A stretch of DNA of 64,000 bases from SAR202 cluster bacterium AG-426-M11 (GCA_003213095.1 QCNV01000003.1:3470-67469), one strand, 5' to 3'; positions 10,406 through 20,467 are shown, numbered from the stretch's first letter. The notes: generated by a model from the letters alone, not told the origin. Made by a program: numbers and translations.

Positions 10406-11194
10406 ATGCGTGAGAATATTATAAGACAAAAATTGGAAGCAGGAGAACCTACATTAAGCACTCATATTCATAGTGTTTGGCCTGCTGAAATTGAGGCAAT
10501 AGGTTATACAGGCCTATATGATTATGTTGAGTTTGTAGCAGAATATGGCCCGTCCGATTTACATGATTTAGACAACATGTGTAGAACTTCTGAACTATTC
10601 AACATGGGAAGTATGCTAAAAATTGATCAAAGCCTTATGCCATATTTAGCTCAAAGGGGAATAGGGGCAGGATACCAAAGCATCCTGTTTACTGACGTAA
10701 GAACTATAGAAGAAGTGAACGAGTGCATTAAATCCGCTAGACCTGATCACCCAGACCATAGAGGGTTATACGGAGTAGCTACTAGAAGAAATTCATATAT
10801 GGGCTATGGTGGAAGCCAAGAATATGTAGATAACATAGCTGATGTAGTTCTAGCATTCATGATTGAAAAAAAAGGTGCAGTAGATAATCTAGAAGAGATT
10901 CTCGAAAACCCTGCAGTTGAAATGGTTCAATGGGGAGGAGCTGATTTCTCAATGAATATTGGTAAACCAAGACAGATGAATGATCCGGAAGTTGTAGAAG
11001 CTCAAATGAAAACATTCAAAATGGCTTTAGAAAAAGGTGTTCATCCCAGAGCAGAAATTAATTCTTCTGACGAAACAAAAAAATACTTAGATATGGGAGT
11101 AAGACACTTTTCTGTGGGGACAGATATCACAATCCTTTATTCTTTTTGGAAAAATGAAGGAGAAAAAATAATCAGAGCTCTACAAGGTGAATAA
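10406..11194 (+). CDS. HpcH/HpaI-family aldolase
   Basis: Family layout: L..G.P....H..WP...E..G..G.DYV.F..EYGP, MIEKKGAVDNLEEIL and WGGADFSMNIG. GAGGGAG SD precedes ATG 10406 (track start 10391 is GTG inside the SD). Confidence 0.75.
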   Translation: MRENIIRQKLEAGEPTLSTHIHSVWPAEIEAIGYTGLYDYVEFVAEYGPSDLHDLDNMCRTSELFNMGSMLKIDQSLMPYLAQRGIGAGYQSILFTDVRTIEEVNECIKSARPDHPDHRGLYGVATRRNSYMGYGGSQEYVDNIADVVLAFMIEKKGAVDNLEEILENPAVEMVQWGGADFSMNIGKPRQMNDPEVVEAQMKTFKMALEKGVHPRAEINSSDETKKYLDMGVRHFSVGTDITILYSFWKNEGEKIIRALQGE

Positions 11195-11196
11195 AT

Positions 11197-11991
11197 ATGG
11201 AATTAAATCTAAATAATAAAAAAGCAATTATTACTGGTGCTAGTAGAGGTATTGGAAAAGCAATAGCTGTTTCGTTAGCAAAAGAAGGCGTGAATTTATC
11301 AATTTGCTCAAGAAATCTAGAGTCTATCAAAAATACAGCACAAGAAATTAGTTCAGTTTTTGGCGTACAAGTAAATTATTCTGCCACAGATACATTAAAT
11401 ACCGAAGAAGTTAAAAATTTCATCAATAACTCTGCAGACTTTTTAGGTGGGATCGAGATAGTCGTAAATAATGCAGCAGCACCAGGAGGGTTAGTAATGG
11501 GCCCTTTAGAAACTGCAAGTGAATCTGATCTGATTCAAGATATAGATACAAAAGTTGTTGGATATCTGAGAGTGTCTAAATATTCTGCTCCATATTTAAT
11601 TAAAAATGGTTGGGGAAGAATCATTAATATAGGAGGATTAGCAGCTAGAAGTGGAGGAGCATTAAGTGGAATGAGGAATCTAGCGTTAACCCATATGACA
11701 AAAACTTTATCATCAGAGTTAGGACCTAAGGGCATCAATGTAAATATCATTCATCCTGGAATTACTGTAACTGAAGCCACTGAACCAAAACTCACACAAC
11801 AAGCAAAAGATGAAGGTGTAACCTTACAAGAAATTGAAACTCGAGCCTCTCAAGGATTAGACACTAGAAAAGTCCCTACTGCCGATGACATAGCAGTAGT
11901 AGCAACATTTTTAGCTTCTCCTCTTTCATCATCTATCGCAGGTGAAGCCATAGCAGCTGGGGGTGGGGTTGGTTCAGCAGTATTTATGTAA
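11197..11991 (+). CDS. short-chain dehydrogenase/reductase (SDR)
   Basis: TGASRGIGKAIA cofactor motif, NNAA, and a classical SDR length of 264 aa. Confidence 0.85.
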   Translation: MELNLNNKKAIITGASRGIGKAIAVSLAKEGVNLSICSRNLESIKNTAQEISSVFGVQVNYSATDTLNTEEVKNFINNSADFLGGIEIVVNNAAAPGGLVMGPLETASESDLIQDIDTKVVGYLRVSKYSAPYLIKNGWGRIINIGGLAARSGGALSGMRNLALTHMTKTLSSELGPKGINVNIIHPGITVTEATEPKLTQQAKDEGVTLQEIETRASQGLDTRKVPTADDIAVVATFLASPLSSSIAGEAIAAGGGVGSAVFM

Positions 11992-12008
11992 ATAAACTAG
12001 GAGAAATT

Positions 12009-12764
12009 ATGTACACTACCGATCAATTTGAAGGAATGATAGCTAACACAACAACTATCAAAGGCTATAACGGTGATGAAATCAATGCATACTATGCTAG
12101 ACCTGAAGGACCAGGGCCTTTCCCAGCAATAGTAGTAATTCATCATTTACCGGGTTGGGATGAACTTTATAGAGAATTTACAAGAAAATTTGCTCACCAT
12201 GGGTATCTAGCTATTAGCCCAGATCTATATTCAAGAGAAGGAAAAGGAACTCCAGAAGATGTGGCTGCAGCTGTTAGGGCTGAAGGAGGCGTTTCTGATG
12301 ACCAATGTATGGGGGATCTTCAAGCTAGTGCCGAATTTGTTTTGTCTTTACCTAATTCAAACGGAAAAGTAGGAACATTTGGAACTTGCTCAGGTGGGAG
12401 ACATGCGTTTTTGGCTGGCTGTAGATTAGATATATTTGACGCAATAGTGGAATGCTGGGGAGGCAATGTCATCATGAATCCCGATCAATTGACTGAAAAG
12501 CAACCAAAATCACCAAATGAGTACACTTCTCAGCTTTCGGCACCATTATTAGGATTATTTGGAGATTTAGACCAAAGTCCAACTCCAGCACAAGTTAACC
12601 AACATGAACAAGAACTCAAATCTGCAGGAAAAACATTTGAATTTTACAGATACCCTGATGCCGGACATGGATTCATGTATTATGACCGACCCATTTACCA
12701 CCAGAGCTCTTCTGTAGACGCCTGGCAAAAAGTTTTCTCTTTTTTACAAAAAAATCTTTCTTAG
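12009..12764 (+). CDS. dienelactone hydrolase-family protein
   Basis: GPFPAIVVIHHLPGWD, GTCSGGRHAF (Cys nucleophile elbow) and YPDAGHGF (catalytic His) match the DLH fold. Confidence 0.8.
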   Translation: MYTTDQFEGMIANTTTIKGYNGDEINAYYARPEGPGPFPAIVVIHHLPGWDELYREFTRKFAHHGYLAISPDLYSREGKGTPEDVAAAVRAEGGVSDDQCMGDLQASAEFVLSLPNSNGKVGTFGTCSGGRHAFLAGCRLDIFDAIVECWGGNVIMNPDQLTEKQPKSPNEYTSQLSAPLLGLFGDLDQSPTPAQVNQHEQELKSAGKTFEFYRYPDAGHGFMYYDRPIYHQSSSVDAWQKVFSFLQKNLS

Positions 12765-12771
12765 GTGATAT

Positions 12772-13053
12772 ATGTGTACTATGATTTGTGAACAAGCAAA
12801 TTTGGAAGGAAGCGCAAAAGGTGTTGAAGGATGGTTCCCTCTTCAACAAGCAAATGTCTTTTATGACCATCCATTTCATGCCCCGTGGGAGTATGGAGTG
12901 AATATAGATTTTGTTAATAAATCTATTGGCGTAGGATCTCGAGTTTCTGTTGAACTTAGCCCTCAATCTGCAAAATTACTAGCTGAAACAATTATCAAAG
13001 CTTTAGAAAAGGGAGAAAAAGATCCTCAAATTAAAATATCAGTCTTGGACTAA
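12772..13053 (+). CDS. small conserved-looking hypothetical protein (93 aa)
   Basis: AGGTGA SD 6 nt upstream and operonic with the DLH gene. No family assigned with confidence. Confidence 0.5.
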   Translation: MCTMICEQANLEGSAKGVEGWFPLQQANVFYDHPFHAPWEYGVNIDFVNKSIGVGSRVSVELSPQSAKLLAETIIKALEKGEKDPQIKISVLD

Positions 13054-13445
13054 TATTTGGTAGGTCTTGAAGCAATAAACCAAGTACCTATTGAAGCTAA
13101 CGTTAGCAACATAATTAACAAAATATAGAAATACTCATATTTTCCTAAATAAATAGAAACTGTAGATATTGAAGAAGCAATCCAAATACATGAAATTGCT
13201 ATGTATTTTATTTTTTTAGGTATGGCACCTGTGTCTAAATAATTTTTAACTAATGCCCCAAACAACTTATGTTCAGTAACCCATTTATACATCCTATCGC
13301 TAGAGCGAATAAAACATGAAGCTGAAATAATTAAAAACACTGTGCCTGGCAACACGGGTAAATAATAACCGGCTATACCAATTCCTAAAAATAAAAACCC
13401 AGCAAGATAATAAATATATTTTCTAATTGGATCTATTTGCTTCAT
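13050..13445 (-). CDS. DUF454/YbaN-like inner-membrane protein
   Basis: GIGIAGYYLPVLPGTVFLIISASCFIRSSDRMYKWV resembles the YbaN signature. Start taken at MKQIDP (13445) behind GGAGAG; the track start is 13481. Confidence 0.6.
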   Translation of the reverse strand: MKQIDPIRKYIYYLAGFLFLGIGIAGYYLPVLPGTVFLIISASCFIRSSDRMYKWVTEHKLFGALVKNYLDTGAIPKKIKYIAISCIWIASSISTVSIYLGKYEYFYILLIMLLTLASIGTWFIASRPTKY

Positions 13446-13535
13446 GAACTCTCCATTATAAATTATTAGGATAACACGCAAAATAATGAATTTGTGATAA
13501 ATTAAAATATTAAATTCATTAAAATCGTGTAACTT

Positions 13536-14807
13536 TTGTCAAATCATTTCCAAAAGACTAACAATATAAAGGCTTGGTCTGCTTTCTCTTTTAGAGATTT
13601 CAGACTTCTTTGGATTTCTGGGTTATGTGCATCAGTAACTATGCAAACTAGAATTCTTACATTTGGAGTGTGGTTATACCAGGAAACGGGCTCTGGATTA
13701 CAACTAGGTCTACTAGGCTTAGTTCAATTAGCTGTTCAAATGCCTTCAAACCTATTTGGAGGAGCATTCGCTGACCAATTAGACAGAAGAAGACTAATTG
13801 CATTTACTCAATCATTCAGTTTTTTCTTGATAGGTTTGTCTTCAATTTTATTCATAACTGATAATTTAAAACCTTGGCATATATACTCTATGGTTGGAAT
13901 TTTAGGGTTAACTAGCACTTTGGGCGCTCCAGCTAGATCTGCTTTAACCGCAAACGTTATTCCTTCATCTCATATGATGCATGCAGTAACTTCAAATACA
14001 GCAACTTTTCAAATAAGCATGATACTTACCCCATTACTTTTTTCTTCGACTATAGAATTGATAGGACTAGAAGGCGCATTTTTAACTGCTGTAATTTTTT
14101 CTATACCTGCAACAATATTCCCATTATTCGTTAACCTCAAATACAACATTGACACTAATGAAAATACCCAAAATATATCAATGATTAAAAGAATTTATGA
14201 AGGTTTTAAATTTGTAAAAAATCACCCAATATTACCAGGGCTTTATGCTCTAGACATAGGAGTTACTGTAGTAAGTTTTTACAGAGAAATCATGCCTTTA
14301 ATTGTAGATAAATTATTTAGACAAGGCCCTTGGGCTATAGGTCCATTGTCAGCAGCGAACTCATTAGGAGGAGTTGCAGGTAGTTTCTTAGTATTATCTC
14401 TTGCAAATTACAGATCAAAAGGAATGTTAGTGCTATATGCTACAGGCACATATGCATTATTGTTGTTTGCATTCGGGTCCATACAATATATAGAACTCAA
14501 TACAATTTTTATCCTCACTGTCGGATCAGTCATAATAGCAGGGCTTGGAGCTACTGATGCTATAGGTATGACGACTAGACAAACTACAGTACAACTTACT
14601 ACTCCTGACAACATGAGAGGAAGAGCTGTAAGTTTTCATTCTTTTTGCGCGATGGGAGCAAATAACATAGGAACTTTTCATGTGGGATTCATGTCTTCAC
14701 GAATAGGAGCTGGAAACACAATGATACTAGGCGGAATAGTCTCAATTTGTGTAGTTTTAGCAATTTTTAAATTTGTTTCAGGATTAAGAAATTACAGATA
14801 CCCTTAG
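13536..14807 (+). CDS. MFS transporter (paralogue of 4851..6119)
   Basis: FRDFRLLWISGLCASVTMQ and GGAFADQLDRRRL motifs parallel the 4851..6119 product. 12 hydrophobic segments, TTG start. Confidence 0.8.
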   Translation: MSNHFQKTNNIKAWSAFSFRDFRLLWISGLCASVTMQTRILTFGVWLYQETGSGLQLGLLGLVQLAVQMPSNLFGGAFADQLDRRRLIAFTQSFSFFLIGLSSILFITDNLKPWHIYSMVGILGLTSTLGAPARSALTANVIPSSHMMHAVTSNTATFQISMILTPLLFSSTIELIGLEGAFLTAVIFSIPATIFPLFVNLKYNIDTNENTQNISMIKRIYEGFKFVKNHPILPGLYALDIGVTVVSFYREIMPLIVDKLFRQGPWAIGPLSAANSLGGVAGSFLVLSLANYRSKGMLVLYATGTYALLLFAFGSIQYIELNTIFILTVGSVIIAGLGATDAIGMTTRQTTVQLTTPDNMRGRAVSFHSFCAMGANNIGTFHVGFMSSRIGAGNTMILGGIVSICVVLAIFKFVSGLRNYRYP

Positions 14808-14808
14808 A

Positions 14809-15678
14809 TTAGATGGATATAGCTAATTTTGGTTCAGGTCTAGATAGAGTTAATCGATCTGAAATTGAATTTTGATCCATATTGGAAAGCTGATGAAATC
14901 TGGAAGCTGAATCTAAAACTTTCTGGAGTAAACTATATTCACCACAAGTGGGAGCAGTGTGAATTTCTTGAGAAAGCTGCCACCAAAGAGCCTCATCAAT
15001 ATCTAACTGAGTTCTGAACGGGTCATACCAAGTTCCACATTCTTTCTTCGAATCACCCCAACCACCTCTTGCGATCATTTTAATACATTGAATTCCAACA
15101 TCCTTTCTATGACATTCTTTTATCAATTTTTCTGCATTATTTTTGTATTCTTGGCCCTTATACATCGCAACATTTACAGGAAACATCACGGTATCAAAAT
15201 CAAATCTATTTAAAGCCTCTAAATGAGTTTGTGCAACAGTAGGCCCATGGCCAGTAATTCCTAAAAATTGAGTTATTCCTTGATCCCTCATCTCTATTAG
15301 AGTTTCTATGGCACCGTTTGGACCCATTACAACATCCAAAGTATCCATATCAATTACTGAATGTAATTGAAATAAATCAAATGAATCAACATTCATGCGC
15401 TTCATAATATCTTCAACATTTCTCCAAGCTTCATCACGAGTTCTCATTGGAGTTTTACACCCCAAAAACATTTCAGATCGCAATTTGGGCATCCAAGAAG
15501 CCACCCTCTCCATAGAATCAGCATATCCTGGTGCTATATCTATATGATTCACTCCATAATCCAAACACATCTGAATAGCTAGATCGGCTTCATTTTGTGA
15601 AACTTTACCAATTGAATAGGCTCCAAAAGTTACAATAGTGCTTTTATGTTCTGTTTTTCCAAGTCTTCTTGTTTCCAT
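14809..15678 (-). CDS. aldo/keto reductase
   Basis: RRLGKT....FGA..IG, NHIDIAPGYADS and LFQLHS segments typical of AKR barrels. Confidence 0.8.
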   Translation of the reverse strand: METRRLGKTEHKSTIVTFGAYSIGKVSQNEADLAIQMCLDYGVNHIDIAPGYADSMERVASWMPKLRSEMFLGCKTPMRTRDEAWRNVEDIMKRMNVDSFDLFQLHSVIDMDTLDVVMGPNGAIETLIEMRDQGITQFLGITGHGPTVAQTHLEALNRFDFDTVMFPVNVAMYKGQEYKNNAEKLIKECHRKDVGIQCIKMIARGGWGDSKKECGTWYDPFRTQLDIDEALWWQLSQEIHTAPTCGEYSLLQKVLDSASRFHQLSNMDQNSISDRLTLSRPEPKLAISI

Positions 15679-15763
15679 GTCTATTCTTCCTACAAAATGT
15701 TATATTCTCACTATTGATAAAATAATTGATTTTTACTTTAATGGTCAATATAAGGAGTTACAT

Positions 15764-16730
15764 TTGCCTAAATTCGTTTTCATGCCCCCTCAAGATGATT
15801 TAAAGAAAGAATTCGCAGCTAGACTATCTGACACACTTCCAGATTATGAAGTTCATTCACCTGAAACCGATGAAATTGCCGCAGAACTTATAGTCGATGC
15901 AGATGCAGCAATGGGATGGATTCCACCTGAAACATTAAAACAAGCACGAAAAATTAAATGGTTGCATAATCCTGATGCTGGACCTTTTTTTGGATACTAT
16001 TACGAAGACTTGTGTAAACATGAATTAACTATCACTAATCCCAGAGGGATTTATTGGGATCATATTTCACATCACATCATGATGTTTTTGTTAGGTCTCT
16101 CTAGAGGCTTACCATGGTATTCAAAATCAAAATCAGACAAAAGATGGGATAGAAACGCTAGAAAAACTCCATATGTTTTTTTTGGGCGATTCAACAGTTT
16201 TGATTAATGGAGTAGGTGGCATAGGACATGAAACTGCAAGATTATGCAAAGAATTTGGAATGAAAGTCATTGGTATTGACCCTCGCCCAGAATATCAAAT
16301 TGACGGCGTAGAAATGCATTTACCTACAGATATAGACAAGTATTTACCTGAAGCAGACTTTGTAATTTCTACTGTGCCTCATACACCTGAAACTGAATTT
16401 ATGTTCAACTCAAAAAGATTCAAGATAATGAAAAATTCAGCCTATTTTATCAATGTTGGAAGAGGGATGGTATGTAAATTGGATGATTTAGTTCATGCTA
16501 TAGAATCCAATGAAATTTCGGGGTGCGGGTTAGATGTGTATGAAATTGAACCTTTACCAGACAATCATAAATTATGGTCATTAGACAATGTAATGTTAAC
16601 TCCACACATAGCTGTAGCCGAAGCTGCAAATCTCAACAATAGGCGATATGAGATATTGGAGAACAATGCAAAATTATTTTTAAAAAACCAAGATTTAATC
16701 AATGTTGTAGACAAGGAAAAGTGGTTTTAA
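15764..16730 (+). pseudogene. D-isomer-specific 2-hydroxyacid dehydrogenase interrupted by a +1 frameshift in a T8 run (16176..16183)
   Basis: The two track ORFs (15638..16207, 16173..16730) are the N- and C-terminal halves of one enzyme. Removing one T gives ...KTPYVFLGDSTVLINGVGGIGHE..., the NAD-binding GxGxxG context. AAGGAG SD sits 6 nt before TTG 15764. Confidence 0.7.
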
Positions 16731-16736
16731 AATTTC

Positions 16737-17486
16737 ATGAGAGAATTAAGAGTAAATTTAACAAAACAAAAATTACATAACCATGAAATTGTTAAAGTGC
16801 CATTGGGGCCTTTTTCAAGTGATCTAATCGAACATTTTGCAACATTAAACATAGATGGAATTTGGTTGGAAGGTGAACATGGACCAGTTGATTTTAGCAA
16901 CATACCAGATCTCTCTAGAGCATGTGATTTATCCAATCTAACACCTATTGTCAGGGTACACCAAAACGACCCAGGAGTCATATATCGTACATTAGATTTA
17001 GGAGCACAAGGAATTGTTGTACCTCATGTGAATAGTAGAGAAGAAGCTTTAGCAGTTGTCGATGCAAGTAAATTCCATCCGATTGGACATAGAGGTTCGT
17101 TCACAAGCAGACAAGGAATTGGAGTAGAAAACTATTTTTCAAAAGCTAATGATCAAACACTAGTAATTGTTTTGATAGAAGATATTTTAGCTGTTAACAA
17201 TATTGATGAAATATTAGAAGTAGATAACATCGACGTGTTTTTTGTTGCACCGGGTGATTTAGCTCAAACTATGGGTTTTCTTGGTGGCGCAAATAATCCT
17301 GAAGTCAAACAAGTTGTCAAAAGTACTATCAAAAAAATAGTATCAAAAAACAAAATTGCCGGGACTTTATCCCCATTGAACGAAGTCAATGATTTTGTTG
17401 ATCTAGGAGTTACTTTTATTGCATTTAGTTGGATTTCTTGGATTCAAACAGGTGCTAAAAGCTTAAATGAAAATCTAAAAAAGTAG
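16737..17486 (+). CDS. HpcH/HpaI-family aldolase
   Basis: IDGIWLEGEHGPVD, VRV...DLGAQGIVVPHVNSREEA, HPIGHRG, LIEDILAVNNIDEIL and FFVAPGDLAQTMG match the family pattern. Confidence 0.8.
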   Translation: MRELRVNLTKQKLHNHEIVKVPLGPFSSDLIEHFATLNIDGIWLEGEHGPVDFSNIPDLSRACDLSNLTPIVRVHQNDPGVIYRTLDLGAQGIVVPHVNSREEALAVVDASKFHPIGHRGSFTSRQGIGVENYFSKANDQTLVIVLIEDILAVNNIDEILEVDNIDVFFVAPGDLAQTMGFLGGANNPEVKQVVKSTIKKIVSKNKIAGTLSPLNEVNDFVDLGVTFIAFSWISWIQTGAKSLNENLKK

Positions 17487-17493
17487 GTAAAAA

Positions 17494-17814
17494 ATGTATA
17501 GAATTCGACGAGTATACAAAACACAACCCGGAGTTGCTTCTGACGTAGCAAAACTAGTATACGAACAAGCAAAAATTTACAGAGATGCTGGACATAGAGG
17601 TGATTTTACAGTTTCATATAATGGTTACACTCTTCCCGGCGAACAAAATATAGTAATACTGGAATGGCAAGATGAATCCATCCAATCCCCTAGTCGAGCA
17701 GGAAATAAAGTTCCACCCGAAGCAATTGAAGTCGCTAAAAAATATAGACCATTATTGGAAAGCCAGCATATAGAATTTTATGAAATGGTAGATCCCAAAA
17801 CTATGGGTGACTGA
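17494..17814 (+). CDS. small hypothetical protein (106 aa)
   Basis: Operonic, with its stop overlapping the next start (ATGA). No motif recognised. Confidence 0.5.
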   Translation: MYRIRRVYKTQPGVASDVAKLVYEQAKIYRDAGHRGDFTVSYNGYTLPGEQNIVILEWQDESIQSPSRAGNKVPPEAIEVAKKYRPLLESQHIEFYEMVDPKTMGD

Positions 17815-19187
17815 TGAAAAATAATCTGTCTATTATAAATGGTCAAATCATTGATCCAGAAACAGAATTCATTGCATTTAAAAATGTTGGGATTACCAAT
17901 GGGATAATTACTGAAATATCCGATGGTCACATTGATTCTGAAAAAATCATCGATGCGAAAAACGAAATCATCTCCCCTGGTTTTATTGATCTACACTCAC
18001 ACCCTCAGGATAATCAAATATTTGAACTACAAGCATTTGATGGAGTAACTACTACTCTAGAATTAGAAGTGGGAACTGCCGACATTAAAAGCTTTTATAA
18101 AAAATGGGAAGGACAATCTAGGATCAATTTTGGCGCAAGTATAGGACATATACCTGTAAGGATGAAAGTGATGGATGATCCAGGAGATTTTGTTCCAGCA
18201 GGAGATGCAGGAAACCGAGAAGCCTCTAATAATGAAATTTTAAAAATGAAAGATTTAATTAGTGAAGGATTAGAACAAGGTGCTTTAGCTGTAGGATTTG
18301 GCTTAGATTACACTAGAGCATGTACCAAATTAGAAGTGATTGAACTTTTTAAAATCGCTGCTAAATATAATGTATCTTGTCATGTTCACTTAAGAGGAAA
18401 AGGCCATAGGGAACCTAACAACTCTATAGAGGCATTAGAGGAAGTAATAGCAGCATCTGCCGTTACTGGAGCTGCATTACATGTGGTGCATATCAATAGC
18501 ACAGGAATGAAAGCTGTCCCAATACTTTTAGATATGATCCAAGGAGCAAAAAATTCCGGATTAGATGTTTCAACAGAATGTTACCCATACACTGCTGGAA
18601 TGACTAAAATTGAATCTAAGCTATTCGAAGAAGGATGGCAATCACAATATGGAATTTCCTATGACAAACTGATGCGACCAGACACGGGAGAATATTTAAC
18701 AGAAACCACATTCCATACTTACAGAGAAACAGGAGGATGGGTTATTGCATTTTCTACCCCTCAAAATGATTTAGATTATGCAGTTAAACATCCTCTCACA
18801 ATGATTGCTACAGATAGCATTATTGAAAATGGAAAAGGTCATCCTAGAACTGCAGGAACTTTCTCAAAAGTTCTAGGTGAATATGTTAGAGAAAAAAAAC
18901 AAATAACTCTTATAGATGCTCTCAAAAAAATGACTATCATGCCTGCTCAAAGATTAGAAAAAAGAGCTCCAATTTTCAAAAAAAAGGGAAGACTTCAAGT
19001 AGGAACTCATGCAGATATTGTGACATTTAATCCTAATACAATTATTGATACTTCGTCATACACCAATCCCACTTCACCTCCTAATGGAATTTCGAACGTA
19101 ATAGTAGGAGGGCATCATCTAGTTCACAACAAAACAATGATTACAAATCAATATCCAGGAACAGGAATTCTAGCAAGTTCAAAATAA
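17814..19187 (+). CDS. amidohydrolase, N-acyl-D-amino-acid deacylase (D-aminoacylase)-like
   Basis: N-terminal beta-sandwich (IINGQIIDPE...DAKNEIISPGFIDLHSH) and later HV.H/D metal-ligand segments, with a length of 457 aa. Confidence 0.7.
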   Translation: MKNNLSIINGQIIDPETEFIAFKNVGITNGIITEISDGHIDSEKIIDAKNEIISPGFIDLHSHPQDNQIFELQAFDGVTTTLELEVGTADIKSFYKKWEGQSRINFGASIGHIPVRMKVMDDPGDFVPAGDAGNREASNNEILKMKDLISEGLEQGALAVGFGLDYTRACTKLEVIELFKIAAKYNVSCHVHLRGKGHREPNNSIEALEEVIAASAVTGAALHVVHINSTGMKAVPILLDMIQGAKNSGLDVSTECYPYTAGMTKIESKLFEEGWQSQYGISYDKLMRPDTGEYLTETTFHTYRETGGWVIAFSTPQNDLDYAVKHPLTMIATDSIIENGKGHPRTAGTFSKVLGEYVREKKQITLIDALKKMTIMPAQRLEKRAPIFKKKGRLQVGTHADIVTFNPNTIIDTSSYTNPTSPPNGISNVIVGGHHLVHNKTMITNQYPGTGILASSK

Positions 19188-19196
19188 GGAGATTTA

Positions 19197-19493
19197 ATGT
19201 CAGTTTATTCAATTACAAGTATTAATGTAAAAGATTGGGATGCATATAACGAATATATGAGATTAGTTCCACCGATCATTAAAAAATTTGGAGGACGATA
19301 TATCGTCAGGGGTGGAGAAATTCACTCAGACACAACAACATGGAAACCAAACAGAGTCGTGATTTTAGAATTCCCCACTATAGAACAAATGAAAGAGTTT
19401 CGCGAATCAGAAGAGTACAAACCAGTTGCAGCTATTCGTCAAGGAGCTTCAACTAGTGAAAGTTTTGTTGTAGAAGGATTTGATCAGAATTAA
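19197..19493 (+). CDS. DUF1330-family protein
   Basis: The pattern ...YNEYMRLVPPIIKKFGGRYIVRGGE...WKPNRVVILEFPTIEQMKEFRESEEY resembles DUF1330 (dimeric alpha/beta barrel). Confidence 0.65.
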   Translation: MSVYSITSINVKDWDAYNEYMRLVPPIIKKFGGRYIVRGGEIHSDTTTWKPNRVVILEFPTIEQMKEFRESEEYKPVAAIRQGASTSESFVVEGFDQN

Positions 19494-20467
19494 CTCATCA
19501 GTTCTGGGTTCAAACATGCTAGCATTTTTCCTTCCGTAAAGAAGTGGATAATATTATCTGCTGCCATGATTCCCATATTTCGTAAAGTAGCTGCACTAGC
19601 GCTAGAAATATGCGGAGTAATAATCACATTTTCCATTGAAACTAAAGGATCATCATGTGCAATAGGTTCAGGATCAGTAACATCTAAAGCAGCTCCTGAA
19701 ATTTGATGGGTTTTTAGTGCATTTGTTAAAGCAACTTGATCAATAGTTCCACCTCTAGAAGTGTTAATCAAAAATGAATCTGATCTCATCAAATCTAGTT
19801 CACGTTTACCAATAATTTTTTTTGTATCATCATTCAGAGGCACATGAATTGAAACATAATCAGATTCTTGCAACATCTCATCCAAACTTGATTTCCAAAT
19901 TAATCCTAGTTGATTTTCAAGATCAATCTTACGGGAACGAGAATGATAAATGATTTTCATATTGAACCCGCTTGCTCTTTTCGCAACTGCACTACCTATC
20001 ATACCCACACCCAAAAGACCTAAAGTTTTTCCATGTACATCAGTTCCTAAATATGGAGTTTGATCAAAAACTTTCCAATTACCTTTTAACACGTTGTGAT
20101 GAGAATATGAGATTCTTCTCCCTAAAGTCAAAATCAGCCCCATAGCAAAATCTGCACAAGATTCATGTAAAATTCCAGGGGTATTTCCAATCAAAATCCC
20201 CTTTTCTGTAGCAGATGATAAATCTATATTGTCATATCCTACAGCTCTAGTAGATACAATTTTTAATTTTTTGGCAGCGTTGATCACATCAAAATCTATG
20301 GGATCATTTGCTTCAATCATAAAAGCATCACATTCAACAGATTTTTCTATAAGCACTGATTTAGGTGGAGGCGTAGTTTCATTCCAAACCTCAACTTGAA
20401 AAAAACTTTTAAGCTTATCTATAGCATCAGGAACTATTGGCCTACTGACAAAAACTTTTTTATTCAA
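19490..20467 (-). CDS. D-2-hydroxyacid dehydrogenase (glyoxylate/hydroxypyruvate reductase-like)
   Basis: GKTLGLLGVGMIGSAVAKR NAD motif, plus SRGG..D and ITPHISS catalytic segments. Confidence 0.85.
   Translation of the reverse strand: MNKKVFVSRPIVPDAIDKLKSFFQVEVWNETTPPPKSVLIEKSVECDAFMIEANDPIDFDVINAAKKLKIVSTRAVGYDNIDLSSATEKGILIGNTPGILHESCADFAMGLILTLGRRISYSHHNVLKGNWKVFDQTPYLGTDVHGKTLGLLGVGMIGSAVAKRASGFNMKIIYHSRSRKIDLENQLGLIWKSSLDEMLQESDYVSIHVPLNDDTKKIIGKRELDLMRSDSFLINTSRGGTIDQVALTNALKTHQISGAALDVTDPEPIAHDDPLVSMENVIITPHISSASAATLRNMGIMAADNIIHFFTEGKMLACLNPELMS

Noticed and set aside
13485-13520. A 9-nt inverted repeat AATGAATTT ... AAATTCATT between the divergent DUF454 and MFS genes, considered as an operator.
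   Set aside because: It is all-AT, short and separated by 18 nt, so chance occurrence is high in this base composition. I saw no second copy elsewhere.
15638-15763. N-terminal extension of the 2-hydroxyacid dehydrogenase ORF (track start 15638), which overlaps the start of the divergent aldo/keto reductase.
   Set aside because: The extension encodes a hydrophobic non-homologous sequence and overlaps the AKR coding region. A strong AAGGAG SD sits 6 nt before TTG 15764, where the homologous sequence begins.
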